From Chiloscyllium plagiosum (Eukaryota), in assembly GCF_004010195.1 (NCBI RefSeq), contig NC_057719.1:16635532-16699531 (forward strand): a stretch of 64,000 bases of DNA, given 5' to 3'. A model generated the notes under the pieces. It saw only the letters and a program-made list of their open reading frames with translations, made no database searches and was not told the origin of the DNA. The position numbers and the translations under genes were made by a program. Of the stretch, positions 12,470-25,166 are shown piece after piece; positions within the stretch are counted from its first letter, which is position 1, and each line of letters starts with the position of its first letter.

Positions 12470-12715
12470 GAGATCTGAGAAAAGGTTTTTTCACCCAGAG
12501 AGTGATAGAAATATGGAAGATTCTGCCGGAGAGGTTGGTGGAGGCAGGTACTCTCACAACATTTAAGCAGCACCTGGATAAACACTTAAAATGCCAGGCA
12601 ATAGTAGGCTAAGGACCAAGTACAGATAAATGGAATTACAGTGATTTGGTGTTTGCTGGTCAGCATAGACGTGGATGGGCCGAAAGGCCTGTTTCTTTGC
12701 TGTATGACAGTATGA
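12470..12715 (+). mobile_element. CR1-type 3' fragment
   Basis: ttttcacccagagagtg...atttaag...gggccgaaaggcctgtttc 3' end. Confidence 0.6.
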
Positions 12716-12739
12716 AATCTAAGTAAAGACATGTGAGGC

Positions 12740-13482
12740 CGGAAAAGCACAGCCAGTCAGACAGCACCCAAGGAGCAGGAGAGTCGACATTTCGAGCCCA
12801 CATATCCCCCCTCACCTCCATCCAAGGCCTCAAAGGATCCTTCCACATCCGGCAGAGATTTTCCTGCACGTCCAAACACCTCATCTACTGTGTCCATTGT
12901 TATTGATGTGGTCTCCTCTACGTTGGGGAAACAGGGCGTCAATTTGCGGGACGTTTCATTAAAACATGTCCTAGCTGCACACACCAAACAACCCCACCAC
13001 CCTGTGGCCGAACACTTTAAATCCCATCTCACTCTGCCAAGGACATGCAAGTCCTGGGCCGCCTCCATGCCAAATCCTACCTACCCAATGCCTGGAGGAA
13101 GAACACCTCATCTTCCGCCATGGGAACCTCCAACCATACAGAACCAATGTGGATTTCACCAGTTTCCTCATCTCCCCTCCCCCCACCTTATCCCAGGTCC
13201 AACCCTCCAACTCAGCACCACTCTCTTGAATTATGTTACCTGTCCATCTTCCTTCCCACCTATCTGCTCCACCCTCCACTCCAACCTATCACCATCACCC
13301 TATCTATCTACCTATTGCATTCCTAGCTGCCTTCCCCCCCGGCCCACTGCCATCCTTGATGAATATGCTGTGCTTGAAACGTCAACTCTCCTGCTCCTCG
13401 GATGCTGCCTGATCGACCGTGCTTTTCCAGCCCCACACGTTTTGACTCTGATCTTCAGCATCTGCAGTCTTCACTTTCTTCC
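12740..13482 (+). mobile_element. PLE family A with a short inverted terminal repeat at its 5' end
   Basis: Inverted terminus 12740-12798, then endonuclease-coding fragment (HHPVAEHFKSH) and forward terminus. Confidence 0.82.
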
Positions 13483-13575
13483 ATATGAAATCTAAGAAGG
13501 GAGGACTCATTACTGACAGTGGGGAGATTTCCATCAGTCACCTTTCCTGACTCCCATCTTGCTTTTCTTTTACAG

Positions 13576-13652
13576 ATCCAGCTTCAGCCTACATCAGGCA
13601 GCTCGAGAGTAAAGTCAAGTTACTGGAAGAAGACAACAAGATTTTAGCACAG
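13576..13652 (+). CDS. ccdc85c: Internal coding exon of a CCDC85C orthologue (equivalent to mammalian exon 2); phase 1 start, phase 0 end
   Basis: Polypyrimidine tract plus acceptor (gcttttcttttacag|AT) and donor (CAG|gtttgt). The 77 bp translate without a stop to (D)[25 protein letters not shown], which closely resembles the CCDC85C segment I recall ([25 protein letters not shown]) and the CCDC85A paralogue less well. No other exon was found in the window. Confidence 0.88.
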
Positions 13653-14109
13653 GTTTGTCACACCAGACGCCTGGTCTGAACAGTGGGCTAATGTGTAAAA
13701 TTCTCCATCATCAGTCAGTGCTTGCAGTGATTAGTGGAAGGCCTTCCCCTGAAAATGAAACCGGGGCAGAGATTTTGCATCATGCTTTCATACATTGAGT
13801 ATTGTCTAAATACAAACTCATGGCATGAAGAGCCCTTGTTTGGCAATTGCAACAAAGTTTTCTAATGTCTAACTAATGCTCACTACCCGAGGAAGCGTGA
13901 TAACAAGTCAATGACAAATCCATTGGTGCACATCAGTAATGTGGGGCCACTTCAACAGTATGGTTTGTAGAATGTCATTTCTAACTGTTTGGTATGTTTG
14001 TATTGAGCAGATACATTATTTGTATCACTTGGACCTATGCACACATTAATGCAAAATTACTGAAAGTTGACAATGCCTTTCAAGAAATTCAAGTCAGTAG
14101 CAATGTGGA

Positions 14110-16080
14110 TTCAAACTGGTTGAGGAAGGTTTATCATGGAACTTCCCAGCGGTCAGTATGTGGACCCTTGCTTTTCCTGATATATATATTAATGATCTAG
14201 ATCATGATGTGCAGTGGAAAGTTTCAGAGTTTGCAGATGACTCTACACTTGGAAGAATTGTGAAGTGTGAGCAGTGTGGAACTCCAAAGGACATTGACAA
14301 GTTGGTGGAGTGGGCTGCTAGGTGGCAGTTAAGGCTTAATGCAAAGAACTGCTAGATGAAGCATCTTTGTCATAAGAACATGGATAGACAATATAATAGA
14401 AGGGGTACAGTTTGAAAAGGGGTGCAGAAGTACCTGTGTGTACATGCGCACAGATCAATGAAGGTGGAAGGACAGCATAAGAATTAGTAAATTTGCAGAT
14501 GACACCAAAGAAGGTTACCTCAGAGTAGGAGAAAGTGAGGACTGCAGATGCTGGAGATCAGAGCTGAAAATGTGTTGCTGGAAAAGCGCCGCAGGTCAGG
14601 CAGCATCCAAGGAGCAGGAAAATCGACGTTTCGGGCATGAGCCCTTCTTCAGGAATGGGGAAAGTGTGCCAAGCAGGCTAAGATAAAAGGTAGGGAGGAG
14701 GGACTTGGGTGAGGGGCATTGGAAATGCGATAGGTGGTCGTGTTGCTATGGTCTGGCGATGGAGGAGTCCAAGGACCTGCATGTCCTTGGTGGAATGGGA
14801 GGGGGAGTTGAAGTGTTGAGCCACGGGGTGGTTGGTTGGTTGGTCCGGGTATCCCAGAGGGGTTCTCTGAAACATTCCGCAAGTAGGCGGCCTGTCTCCC
14901 CAATATAGAGGAGGCCACATCGGGTGCAGTGGATGCAGAAAATGATGTGTGTGGAGGTGCAGGTGAATTTGTGGCGGATATGGAAGGATCCTTGGGGCCT
15001 AGGGGGGAGGTGTGGGCCCAAGTTTTGCATTTCTTGCGGTTGCAGAGGAAGGTGCTGGGAGTGGAGGTTGGGTTGGTGGGGTGTGTGGACCTGACGAGGG
15101 AGTCACGGAGGGAGTGGTACCTCAGAGTACAATGGGATCTTGATCAGATAGGCAATGGGCTGAGGAGTGGCAGATGGAGTTTAATTGAGATATATTTGAG
15201 ATACTGCATTTTGGAAAGGCAAATCAGGGCAGGACGCATACAGGGCTCAGGCCCAAAATGTCAATTCTCCTGCTCCTTGGATGGTGACTGACCTGCTGTG
15301 CTTTCTCAGCACCACACTCTTGACTCTGGTCTCCAGCATCTGCAGTCCTCACTTTCTCCTAGTATACACTTAATGATAAGGTCCTGTGGAGTGTTGCTGA
15401 ATAAAGAGACCTTGGAGTGCAGTTTCAGCAGTTTCAAAGTTCCTTGAAAGTGGAGTCCCAGGTAGATAGGATAGTGAAGAAGGCATTTGGTATACTTGCA
15501 TTTATTGGTCAGTACATTGGGTATAGGAGTTGGGAGGTCATATTACATCTGTACAGAACATTGGTTAGGCCACTTTGGAATATTGCATGCAATTCTGGTC
15601 TCCCTGCTATAGGAAGGATGTTGTGAAACCTGAAAGAGTTCAGATAAGATTTACAAGGATGTTGCTGGGTTGAAGGGTTTAAGCTATGGGAGAGGCTGAA
15701 TTGGCTGAGGATGTTTTCCCTAGAGCATCAGAGGCTGAGGGGTGACCTTATAGAGGTTTATAAAATCATGAGGGGTATGGATAGGATAAACAGACACTGT
15801 CTTTTCCCCGGGGTGGGGGAATCCAAAACTACGGGACATAGGTTTAAGGTGAGAAAGGAGAGATTTAAAATGAAACTAAGGGGCAACATTTTCACACAGA
15901 GGGTGGGGAGTGTATGGAATGAGGAAATGGTGGCGGCTGGTACATTTACAACATTTAAAAGGCATCTGGTTGGGTGTATGCGTAGGAGGGGTTTGGAGGG
16001 ATATGGGATATCTGGTCGGCATGGGTGAGTTGGACCAAAGGGTCTGTTTCTGTGCTGTATAGCTTTATGGATCTGTGACA
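14110..16080 (+). mobile_element. CR1 fragments (older plus younger) with two PLE insertions
   Basis: RT motifs (GPLLFLIY.NDLD, FADD), C-terminal ORF 15711-16028, CR1 tail. Confidence 0.82.
14528..15117 (-). mobile_element. PLE family A inserted in CR1 with 12-bp TSD
   Basis: TSD tacctcagagta at 14516-14527 and 15118-15129; HIIFCIHCTRCGLLYIGETGR GIY-YIG motif; intact hammerhead at 14621-14656 (-). Confidence 0.9.
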
Positions 16081-18376
16081 TCATGACAAGTGGCGAGAAG
16101 ACTTAATAAAGCCTACAGTTTTCTTGGATTTATTAACAGTAAAATAAGTACAGGAGCAATGAGGTAATGTTGAACTTGTACAAGACACTTGTTAGACATC
16201 AGCTGGCATGTTGGTTACAGCTCATCAAAAAGTATAGCTTTTGAGAAAACGTTTGAAAGTGCACTCAAATGAAATTCTGTTTCCAGCTTCTGTTCCTTTT
16301 CTATTTTCTGCAATCTTGTGGCTTCTGCTATATTTTTGTCATCGCCGTCTCACTTCACCACTGAAGGTGGTTATTTTTATCAGTCTCCCTTTTGAACTTG
16401 AATGCAAAGAGTCTGGTAATTTGTGGGATAGCAGTGTAAAAATAGCCAGGAAAGCCACTGGATTGCCATTGCAAGATATGCATGTCCCACCCTAATTGAC
16501 TGATCTTAGAATGCTCTTTAAATTGTCAACTGGTTGTGAATGATTCTACAAAACTTCAGAAGAGAATTGGACACATCCATTGACAATGCCCTTGGTGCCG
16601 AAACTCTGTCAATCCCAGCCTAATAAAATTTGGATTGTCAAATTCAAAGACAGAACAACTGAGGAAAATGTCAAAAGCCCTACAACAAAAGCTACTGCTT
16701 GAATGTGTCAACTATGAAAGCTATACTATAACCAGAAACAGTATGGCTAATTTAGGAATCGACAAATACTCACTGAATTTGATAGCTCTGAAACCAGAAC
16801 AGAAGGTTCTTTTATCACTATCCCGGACCCTGTATTCCCTTTCTTTTGTTCCAATCTCCTAACTGCAGTCTCTCCATCCGGCTGTTCATTTATATTTGCC
16901 ATCACTCTCTTTAGACCTGCCTCGCTCCAATGCAAAAGCAGAGACTGAATTGATGATGTGCATCAGAGGAATGCGGACAGGTCTGTGTTGCTGTTCAGAA
17001 TCAACAGCAGATTCTTTGATTCTGTTTATCATGGCTGAATAGTGTGTGACATTTCCCGGGCCTCAGACGGCTTATACTTGCAATGACATGAGGAGTCCTT
17101 GGCCTGCCTTCAACTAGCAGAATCCTATGCTACCCCGCATGTTCAGTGGAACGCTTTCATAAATGGCTTTTTTCTTGTACTCAATCACCATTTCTTTACG
17201 GTGCGACAAGTTACAATTCAGGTCTGCCCATCCTCCCTCTGCTGTCTTTGTATAATATTGAATAAAGGAGGGCTTAGCCTGTAATCAATATGTGCAGGCT
17301 CTCACTCTTCATCAGATCATGATTGGTTTTACCTGTTCTTTACAACTGTTAAAGAGAAGCCAGGTTGGGCTTGACTGACCAACAGCGTGACGATTGAACC
17401 AGTTTCATGTCAGTCAGTTTTCAGCTGGTTGGCTCTTGTCTGCTACCAGATGTCTTTCTCACCAGTCATTTTTGTTGGAAACGCCTCTAAGAACCGTAAT
17501 TATTTATCTTAATTTGATCGAGGGCTGAGTTTTACAGCCATGGTTCCCTGGAGCCTAAGAGTTCCTCAAACATCCCAAAAGCGTTTCATGTGATTTTCAG
17601 GTCAATTGAAATTTATGCCAATTGTTTTTAAAAACTTGTTCAAAATGTCCTTCTCCATTTATAGAAAAGATAAGAATTAAATCAGTTTGCATTTTCATTC
17701 TTTTGTTCATTAGTGAATTATGATGTATTATTTGTATGGCTGGAGGTGCACAGAATTTCACAAGATATGTAGGGGTCCTGAACTTAAAGGTTGCAGACCA
17801 CTTTGGGGTAACACTAGTTGTAGATGGCAAACCCCAGTTGGATTCTCCTGTGCAGTATGGAAAGAAGGCAAGGAGGAGGCAGTCAGAGCAATCGTCCTCT
17901 CAGATTATCACAGCCCAGTTCTGTGGCTTGCCAACTGGACTAGGATTTGGATCTGACCCACGAGGAAGTCCTCCCACGTGGCTGCCTTCTCTGCCTGAAA
18001 GGTATCCTGGACAGGGCACTCACGATTGCACCAAATCCAATCGGTTGTACTGATGATCTCTCTATTCCCCTTAGTCTTCCACCTTGCGCAGAGAGGCATT
18101 GATTTACTGTTGAACCAGTTGACGACCACCCCACTCAGCAGAACGTGAACCATTAACACCTCCTGAGTGCAATTCAAAGTGAGAATTTCTATTTGTTGAT
18201 TGCAGCTGACCACTGCTTTGTCCTTTGCCAGTCTGAGAGAAGTAAATCACCCAGACAGTGAAATTGCAGTCCTGTGAGCCCAAGGTAATGAGTTGGACGG
18301 GAGCAGAATGCCTCAGGCATAAGTATTCAATCACTAATCAACCACAAAATATTGCCTATACATTTGAAATGATATA

Positions 18377-19470
18377 GGTAAAAACAATGACTGCAGATGC
18401 TGGAAACCAGATTCTGGATTAATGGTGCTGGAAGAGCACAGCAGTTCAGGCAGCATCCGAGGAGCAGTAAAATCGACGTTTCGGGCAAAAACCCTTCATC
18501 AGGAATAAAGGCAGAGAGCCTAAAGGGTGGAGAGATAAGCTAGAGGAGGGTGGGAGTGGGGAGAAAGTAGCATAGAGTACAATAGGTGAGTGGGGGAGGG
18601 GATGAAGGTGATAGGTCAGGGAGGAGAGGGTGGAGTGGATAGGTGGAAAAGGAGATAGGCAGGTAGGACAGGTCATGGGGACAGTGCTGAGCTGGAAGTT
18701 TGGAACTAGGGTGAGGTGGGGGAAGGGAAAATGAGGAAGCTGTTGAAGTCCACATTGATGCCCTGGGGTTGAAGTGTTCCGAGACGGAAGATGAGGCGTT
18801 CTTCCTCCAGGCGTCTGTGGTGAGGGAGCGGCGGTGAAGGAGGCCCAGGACCTCCATGTCCTCGGCAGAGTGGGAGGGGAGTTAAAATGTTGGGCCACAG
18901 GGCAATGTGGTTGATTGGTGCAGGTGTCCCGGAGATTTTCCCTAAAGCGCTCTGCTTGGAGGCGTCCAGTCTCCCCAATGTAGAGGAGACCGCATCGGGA
19001 GCAACGGATACAATAAATGATATTAGTGGATGTGCCAGTAAGACTTTGATGGATGTGGAAGGCTCCTTTAGGGCCTTGGATAGAGGTGAGGGAGGAGGTG
19101 TGGGCGCAGGTTTTACAGTTCCTGTGGTGGCAGGGGAAGGTGCCAGGATGGGAGGGTGGGTTGTAGGGGGGCGTGAACCTGACCAGGTAGTCACGGAAAG
19201 AACGGTCTTTGCGGAAGGCGGAAAGAGGTGGGGAGGGAAATACATCCCTGGTGGTGGAGTCCGTTTGGAGATGGCGGAAATGTTGGCGGATGATTTGGTT
19301 TATGCAAAGGTTGGTAGGGTGGAAGGTGAGCACCAGTGGCGTTCTGTCCTTGTTACGGTTGGAGGGGTGGGGTCTGAGGGCGGAGGTGCGGGATGTGGAC
19401 GAGATGCGTTGGGCATCTTTAACCATGTGGGAAGGGAAATTGCGGTCTCTAAAGAAGTAGGCCATCTGGT
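18377..19470 (-). mobile_element. PLE family A (subfamily variant), ~1.1 kb, with linker and GIY-YIG endonuclease
   Basis: ORF 18446-19504: PLVLTFHP...GTFPCHHRNCKTCAH...NIIYCIRCSRCGLLYIGETGR...VAQHFNSP, frameshifted. Hammerhead at 18471-18506. Confidence 0.92.
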
Positions 19471-21070
19471 CCATTTTCCTAGTCAGACATATTCTTTCAG
19501 CCATCTGTGCTTCATCCCAATGTTAAAAACCTCAATCTACTTTCTGCAGAGACACCTTGCTAGTTTGGGAGGACATCAGTCTGTTACTGGAGAGAGAGAA
19601 AAGGAGAGGGAGTGCTCCAGATCCATGAGCTTTGACAGGAACAGCCTACTGAAGAAATAATGGCAGTGTTTCCAGAGGTTTTGCCTGGCCTGCTGGGAGT
19701 TTCAAGCATTTTCTGTTTATTTTCCAAATTTCAGGCTTCTTTGGCAAAATTATAACTGGTGCTTTACCATATGGCACCTCTAAATGAGATTAGCAGCTAA
19801 ATGTTAAATTAGAAAGATAGCTCGCTTAGTTCATGCTTGACAAAAATTGATTGCGACTGCGTGAAATCTGTTTGATGCAGAACTCTTGCATATATATGAG
19901 TCTTGCTTTAAGATTGAAACCTTGAATCTAATCCCAGTGGTGCAAGTTGCTAACTCTTTCTGACTATGAAGTGATATCCTAATAAATTAAAATAACCATG
20001 AAAGGTAGTCAGCATGGGAAGGTGAGTAAGAATGGAGTGCTGCTCCTTATAACCTGTCGAAATAGGAGAGCTTTTGCACATTTTGAGGAGAGGTAAACGT
20101 TTATATTTCCTATCTGTGCCTCTGAATGAGCTCCATGTGTTTGCAAATTGTGTTCTTATGGGGTCTTTTGCAGCCTGCACTTATACTGGCTGCATAGTTG
20201 TGCTTTACTGTGGAAACGCAGGGTGACTGATAGTTGTGGTTCTGTTTGCCGAGCTGGGAATTTGTGTTGCAGATGTTTTGTCCCCTGCCTAGGTGACATC
20301 ATCAGTGCTTGGGAGCCTCCTGTGAAGCGCTTCTGTGATGTTTCCTCCGGTATTTATAGTGATTTGTATCTGCCGCTTCCGGTTGTCAGTTCCAGCTGTC
20401 TGCTGCAGTGGTCGGTATATTGGGTCCAGGTCGATGTGCTTATTGATTGAATCTGTGGATGAGTGCCATGCCTCTAGGAATTCCCTGGCTGTTCTCAGTT
20501 TGGCTTGTCCTATAATAGTAGTGTTGTCCCAGTCGAACTCATGTTGCTTGTCATCTGAGTGTGTGGCTACTAAGGATAGCTGGTCATGTCGTTTCGTGGC
20601 TAGTTGGTGTTCATAGATGTGGACCGTTAGCAGTCTTCCTGTTTGTCCTATGTAGTATTTTGTGCAGTCCTTGCATGGGATTTTGTACACTACATTGGTT
20701 TTGCTCATGCTGGGTATCGGGTCCTTCGTCCTGGTGAATTGTTGTCTGAGAGTGGCTGTTGGTTTGTGTGCTGTTATGAGTCCTAGTGGTCACAGTAGTC
20801 TGGCTGTCAGTTCAGAAATGTTTTTGATGTATGGTAGTGTGGCTAGTCCTTTTGGTTGTGGCATGTCCTCATTCCGTTGTTTATCCCTTAAGCATCTGTT
20901 GATGAAATTGCGCGGGTATCCATTTTTGGCGAATACATTGTATAGGTGTTCTTCTTCCTCTTTTTGCAATTCTGGTGTGCTGCAGTGGCCCTTTTGAATA
21001 GTGTCTTGATGCAACTTCTTTTGTGTGTGTTGGAGTGATTGCTTTCGTAGTTTAGGACTGTGTGTGTGGC

Positions 21071-21522
21071 TGTGGTGTAAAATTCCAAGCAGTGGAATGT
21101 GGTGAAACGGTTAAAAATTATGTCCCAATACATGTGTGAATCTAACCGGAATGGAGGTGTTGCTTAGTCCCGTGTGAATCTTCTTATCTGTATGTAACCA
21201 GAATGGAATGTGTTTTTTAGCCTTGCTCTGCTGTTCACATGAATGTTTATATCTGGAAGGGAGTATATCAGCTAGAAAAGTCTCCAGTTCGGTGAGTCTG
21301 CTCCGGGGTTACGTTTAACCGCCGAGCGTGGGTTGTTGGCAACCGCTCTACAAGAACTGACGGCTCCCAGTTTTTGTAACATGTAGAGTGAGTATAAACC
21401 AGACCCGTTGTGCGACACTGCGGGGAATAAAATGCCCATATTCTAGCAGTCTCGCCTCTTGGTCGTTTGTTCTGTGTCAGACTACTCTCCTACGAACCTG
21501 ACCTTGAGAATTTTTTAAAACA
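21071..21522 (+). mobile_element. Solo LTR inserted in the PLE
   Basis: TG...CA ends, 5-bp TSD gtggc (21066-21070, 21523-21527) whose removal restores the PLE sequence, TATAAA at 21393 and AATAAA at 21426. Confidence 0.85.
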
Positions 21523-22255
21523 GTGGCTTTCCTGTGTACCTTTGTGGTGAATTCTCCGTTCGGTGTTCTCTGTACCATCACGTCTAGGAATGGGAGTTGG
21601 TTGTCCTTTTCTTCCTCTCTAGTGAATCAGATTCCTGTGAGTGTGGCATTGATGATCCAGTGTGTATTCTCTATTTCTGTGTTTTTAATGATTACAAAGG
21701 TATCATCTACATGTCTGGATTAGAAACCTCTCCCACAGACAGCTCACAGACACGGAAAGAACAATACTGGCCAAGGGACTCAACTACAACCACAGGGACA
21801 CCAAGACAGCAGACTTCCTAGCAGCACTAGAATGCACACTCAGGAACAATGGACTGACAGAAGAGACACAACAAACAGTGAGACAAAGTATCGTACACCT
21901 GATAACAAGGAAAAGACAAACACACAACCTCAACACTAAGGAGAGGGAAGCATTAAAAGCACTAAGAAACGATAAGAACATAATCATACTACCAGCAGAC
22001 AAAGGCAGAATGACGGTTATCCTGGACAAAGCAGAGTACATCCAAAAAGCACAACAACTACTTGCAGATACCAACACCTACCAAAAGAGGGAGTTTGACC
22101 CCACCCCACAGCTCACCAATAGGATAAACAACACACTGAGGAACCTACAAAAAAACGGACAGATAACCAGGACGGACCTACAAAGAATGAAACCTGAAAG
22201 CAACAACACCCCCAGATTCTATGGACAACCTAAAGTGCACAATCCAGACATCCCA

Positions 22256-23031
22256 NNNNNNNNNNNNNNNNNNNNNNNNNNNNNNNNNNNNNNNNNNNNN
22301 NNNNNNNNNNNNNNNNNNNNNNNNNNNNNNNNNNNNNNNNNNNNNNNNNNNNNNNNNNNNNNNNNNNNNNNNNNNNNNNNNNNNNNNNNNNNNNNNNNNN
22401 NNNNNNNNNNNNNNNNNNNNNNNNNNNNNNNNNNNNNNNNNNNNNNNNNNNNNNNNNNNNNNNNNNNNNNNNNNNNNNNNNNNNNNNNNNNNNNNNNNNN
22501 NNNNNNNNNNNNNNNNNNNNNNNNNNNNNNNNNNNNNNNNNNNNNNNNNNNNNNNNNNNNNNNNNNNNNNNNNNNNNNNNNNNNNNNNNNNNNNNNNNNN
22601 NNNNNNNNNNNNNNNNNNNNNNNNNNNNNNNNNNNNNNNNNNNNNNNNNNNNNNNNNNNNNNNNNNNNNNNNNNNNNNNNNNNNNNNNNNNNNNNNNNNN
22701 NNNNNNNNNNNNNNNNNNNNNNNNNNNNNNNNNNNNNNNNNNNNNNNNNNNNNNNNNNNNNNNNNNNNNNNNNNNNNNNNNNNNNNNNNNNNNNNNNNNN
22801 NNNNNNNNNNNNNNNNNNNNNNNNNNNNNNNNNNNNNNNNNNNNNNNNNNNNNNNNNNNNNNNNNNNNNNNNNNNNNNNNNNNNNNNNNNNNNNNNNNNN
22901 NNNNNNNNNNNNNNNNNNNNNNNNNNNNNNNNNNNNNNNNNNNNNNNNNNNNNNNNNNNNNNNNNNNNNNNNNNNNNNNNNNNNNNNNNNNNNNNNNNNN
23001 NNNNNNNNNNNNNNNNNNNNNNNNNNNNNNN
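22256..23031. other. Assembly gap
   Basis: N run. Confidence 1.
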
Positions 23032-23352
23032 TGTGCTTATTGATTGTATCTGTGGATGAGTGCCATGCCTCTAGGAATTCCCTGGCTGTTTTCTGTTTGG
23101 CTTGTCCTATAATAGTAGTGTTGTCCCAGTCGAACTCATGTTGCTTGTGTGGCTACTAAGTACTTATTACAGCCAGGGAATTCCTAGAGGCATGGCACTC
23201 ATCCACAGATTCAATCAATAAGCACATCGACCTGGACCCAATATACCGGCCACTGCAGCGGACAGCTGGAACTGACAACCGGAAGCGGCAGATACAAATC
23301 ACTATAAATACCGGAGGAAACATCACAGAAGCGCTTCACAGGAGGCTCCCAA

Positions 23353-23392
23353 GCACTGAGGATGTCACCTAGATAGGGGATGAAACGTCTGC
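23353..23392 (+). ncRNA. Minimal hammerhead ribozyme motif (PLE family B)
   Basis: GCA-CTGAGGA-t-GTCACCT agat AGGGGAT-GAAAC-GTC-TGC, with stem I GCA/TGC; decayed inverted copy at 20269-20308. Confidence 0.72.
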
Positions 23393-23617
23393 AACACAAA
23401 TTCCCAGCTCGGCGAACAGAACCACAACAACGAGCACCCGAGCTACAAATCTTCTCCCAAACTTTGACTGATAGTGCCTGAAGAAACTGGGGCAAAGGCA
23501 CACACAATAGGGAGACCATTTCTTGTGTTTCTGTTTCAGTGGGAAGCAATGCCCTCTGATATGTACTTGCCATGTATGCTGGGAAATAATTTTCCAACAT
23601 GCAATACCTCTAGGAAT

Positions 23618-25166
23618 GCATAAATCCCCAGAACCTGATCATGTGTACCCTAGAACTCTGTGGGAAGCTAGAGAAGTGATTGCTGGGCCTCTTGCTGAGA
23701 TATTTGCATCATCGATAGTCACAGGTGAGGTGCCGGAAGACTGGAGATTGCCTAACATGGTGCCACTGTTTAAGAAGGGTAGTAAGGACAAGCCAAGGAA
23801 CTACAGACAAGTGAGCCTGACGTTGGTGGTGGGGGCAAGTTGTTGGAGGGAATCCTGAGGGACAGGATGTACATGTATTTGGAAAGGCAAGAACTGATTA
23901 GGGATAGTCAACATGGCTATCATGTTTCACAAACTTGATTGAGTTTTTTGAGGAAGTAACAAAGAGGATTGATGAGGGCAGAGCAATAGAAGTGATCTAC
24001 ATGGACTTCAGTAAGGCGTTCGACAAGGTTCCCCACAGGAGACTGGTCAGCAAGGTTAGATCTCAGGGAGAACTAGCAATTTGAATACAGAACTGGCTCA
24101 AAGTTAGAAGACAGAGGGTGGTGATGGAGGGTTGTTTTTTAGACTGGAGGCCTGTGACCAGTAGAGTGCCACAAGGATCAGTGCTGGATCCTCTACTTTT
24201 TGCCATTTATATAAATGATTTGGATGTGAGCATAAGAGGTATAGTTGGTAAGTTTGCAGATGACACCAAAATTGGAGGTGTAGTGGACAGCGAAGAGGGT
24301 TACCTCAGATTACAACAGGATCTTGATCAGATGGGCCAATAGGCTGAGACGTGGCAAATGAAGTTTAATTTGGATAAATGTGAGGTGCTGCATTTTGGGA
24401 AAGCAAATTATAGCAGGACGTAGACACTTAATGGTAAGGTCCTAAGGAGTGTTGCTGAACAAAGAGACCTTGGAGTGCAGGTTCATAGCGCCTTGAAAGT
24501 GGAATCGCAGGTAGAAAGGATAGTGAAGAAGGCATTTGGAATGCTTTCTTTTATTGGTCAGAATATTGAGTAGAGGGGTTGGGAGGTCATGTTGCGGCTG
24601 TACAGGACATTGGTTAGGCCACTGTTAGAATATTGTGTGCAATTCTGGTCTCCTTCCTATTGGAAATATGCTGTGAAACTTGAAAGGGTTCAGCAAAGAT
24701 TTACAAGAATATTGCCAGGATATGAGCTATAAGGAGAGGCTGAACAGGCTGGGGCTGTTTTCCCTGGAGCGTCAGAGGCTGAGGGATGATCTTATAGAGG
24801 TTTATAAAATTATGTGGGGCATGGATAGGATAAGTAGACAAAGTCTTTTCCCTGGGGTCGAGGAGTCAAGAACTAGAGGGCATAGATTTAGGGTGAGAGG
24901 GAAAAGATATAAAAGAAACCTAAGGGGCAACGTTTTCACGCAGAGGGTGATACATGTATGGAATGAGCTGCCAGAGGAAGTGGTGGAGGCTGGTACAGTT
25001 GCAACATTTAAAAGGCATTTAGATGGGTATATGAATAGGAAGGGTTTGGAGGGATATGAGCCGGGTGCTGACAGTTGGGATTAGATTGGGTTGGGATATC
25101 TGGTCGGCATGGACGGGTTGGACCGAAGGGTCTGGTTCCGTGCTGTCCATCTCTATGACTCTATGA
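23618..25166 (+). mobile_element. CR1 (HER1-like) LINE, 5'-truncated, containing the RT
   Basis: KSPEPD...VPEDWR..N.VPLFKKG...NYR, DFSKAFDKV, VPQGSVL, FADDTKIGG; stops and frameshifts; (ctatga)n tail. Confidence 0.93.

Larger units (their letters stand above)
20235..23464. mobile_element. PLE family B: one rearranged insertion with internal inversions and an 11-bp TSD
   Basis: TSD tgactgatagt at 20224-20234 and 23465-23475. Minus strand carries GIY-YIG (NVVYKIPCKDCTKYYIGQTGR). Plus strand carries the RT N-terminus (NIIILPADKGRMTVILDK...PRFYGQPKVH). Termini are inverted. Confidence 0.9.

Noticed and set aside
18446..19660. 352-aa ORF as an intact or domesticated gene, and the 257-aa antisense ORF
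   Set aside because: 5'-truncated, frameshifted PLE fragment without the RT core; the plus-strand ORF is its antisense shadow.
21878..23159. Long ORFs of 393 and 312 aa (also 28378-29304 and 45016-46047)
   Set aside because: Their length comes from N gaps; only 21878-22255 is real, and it is PLE RT.
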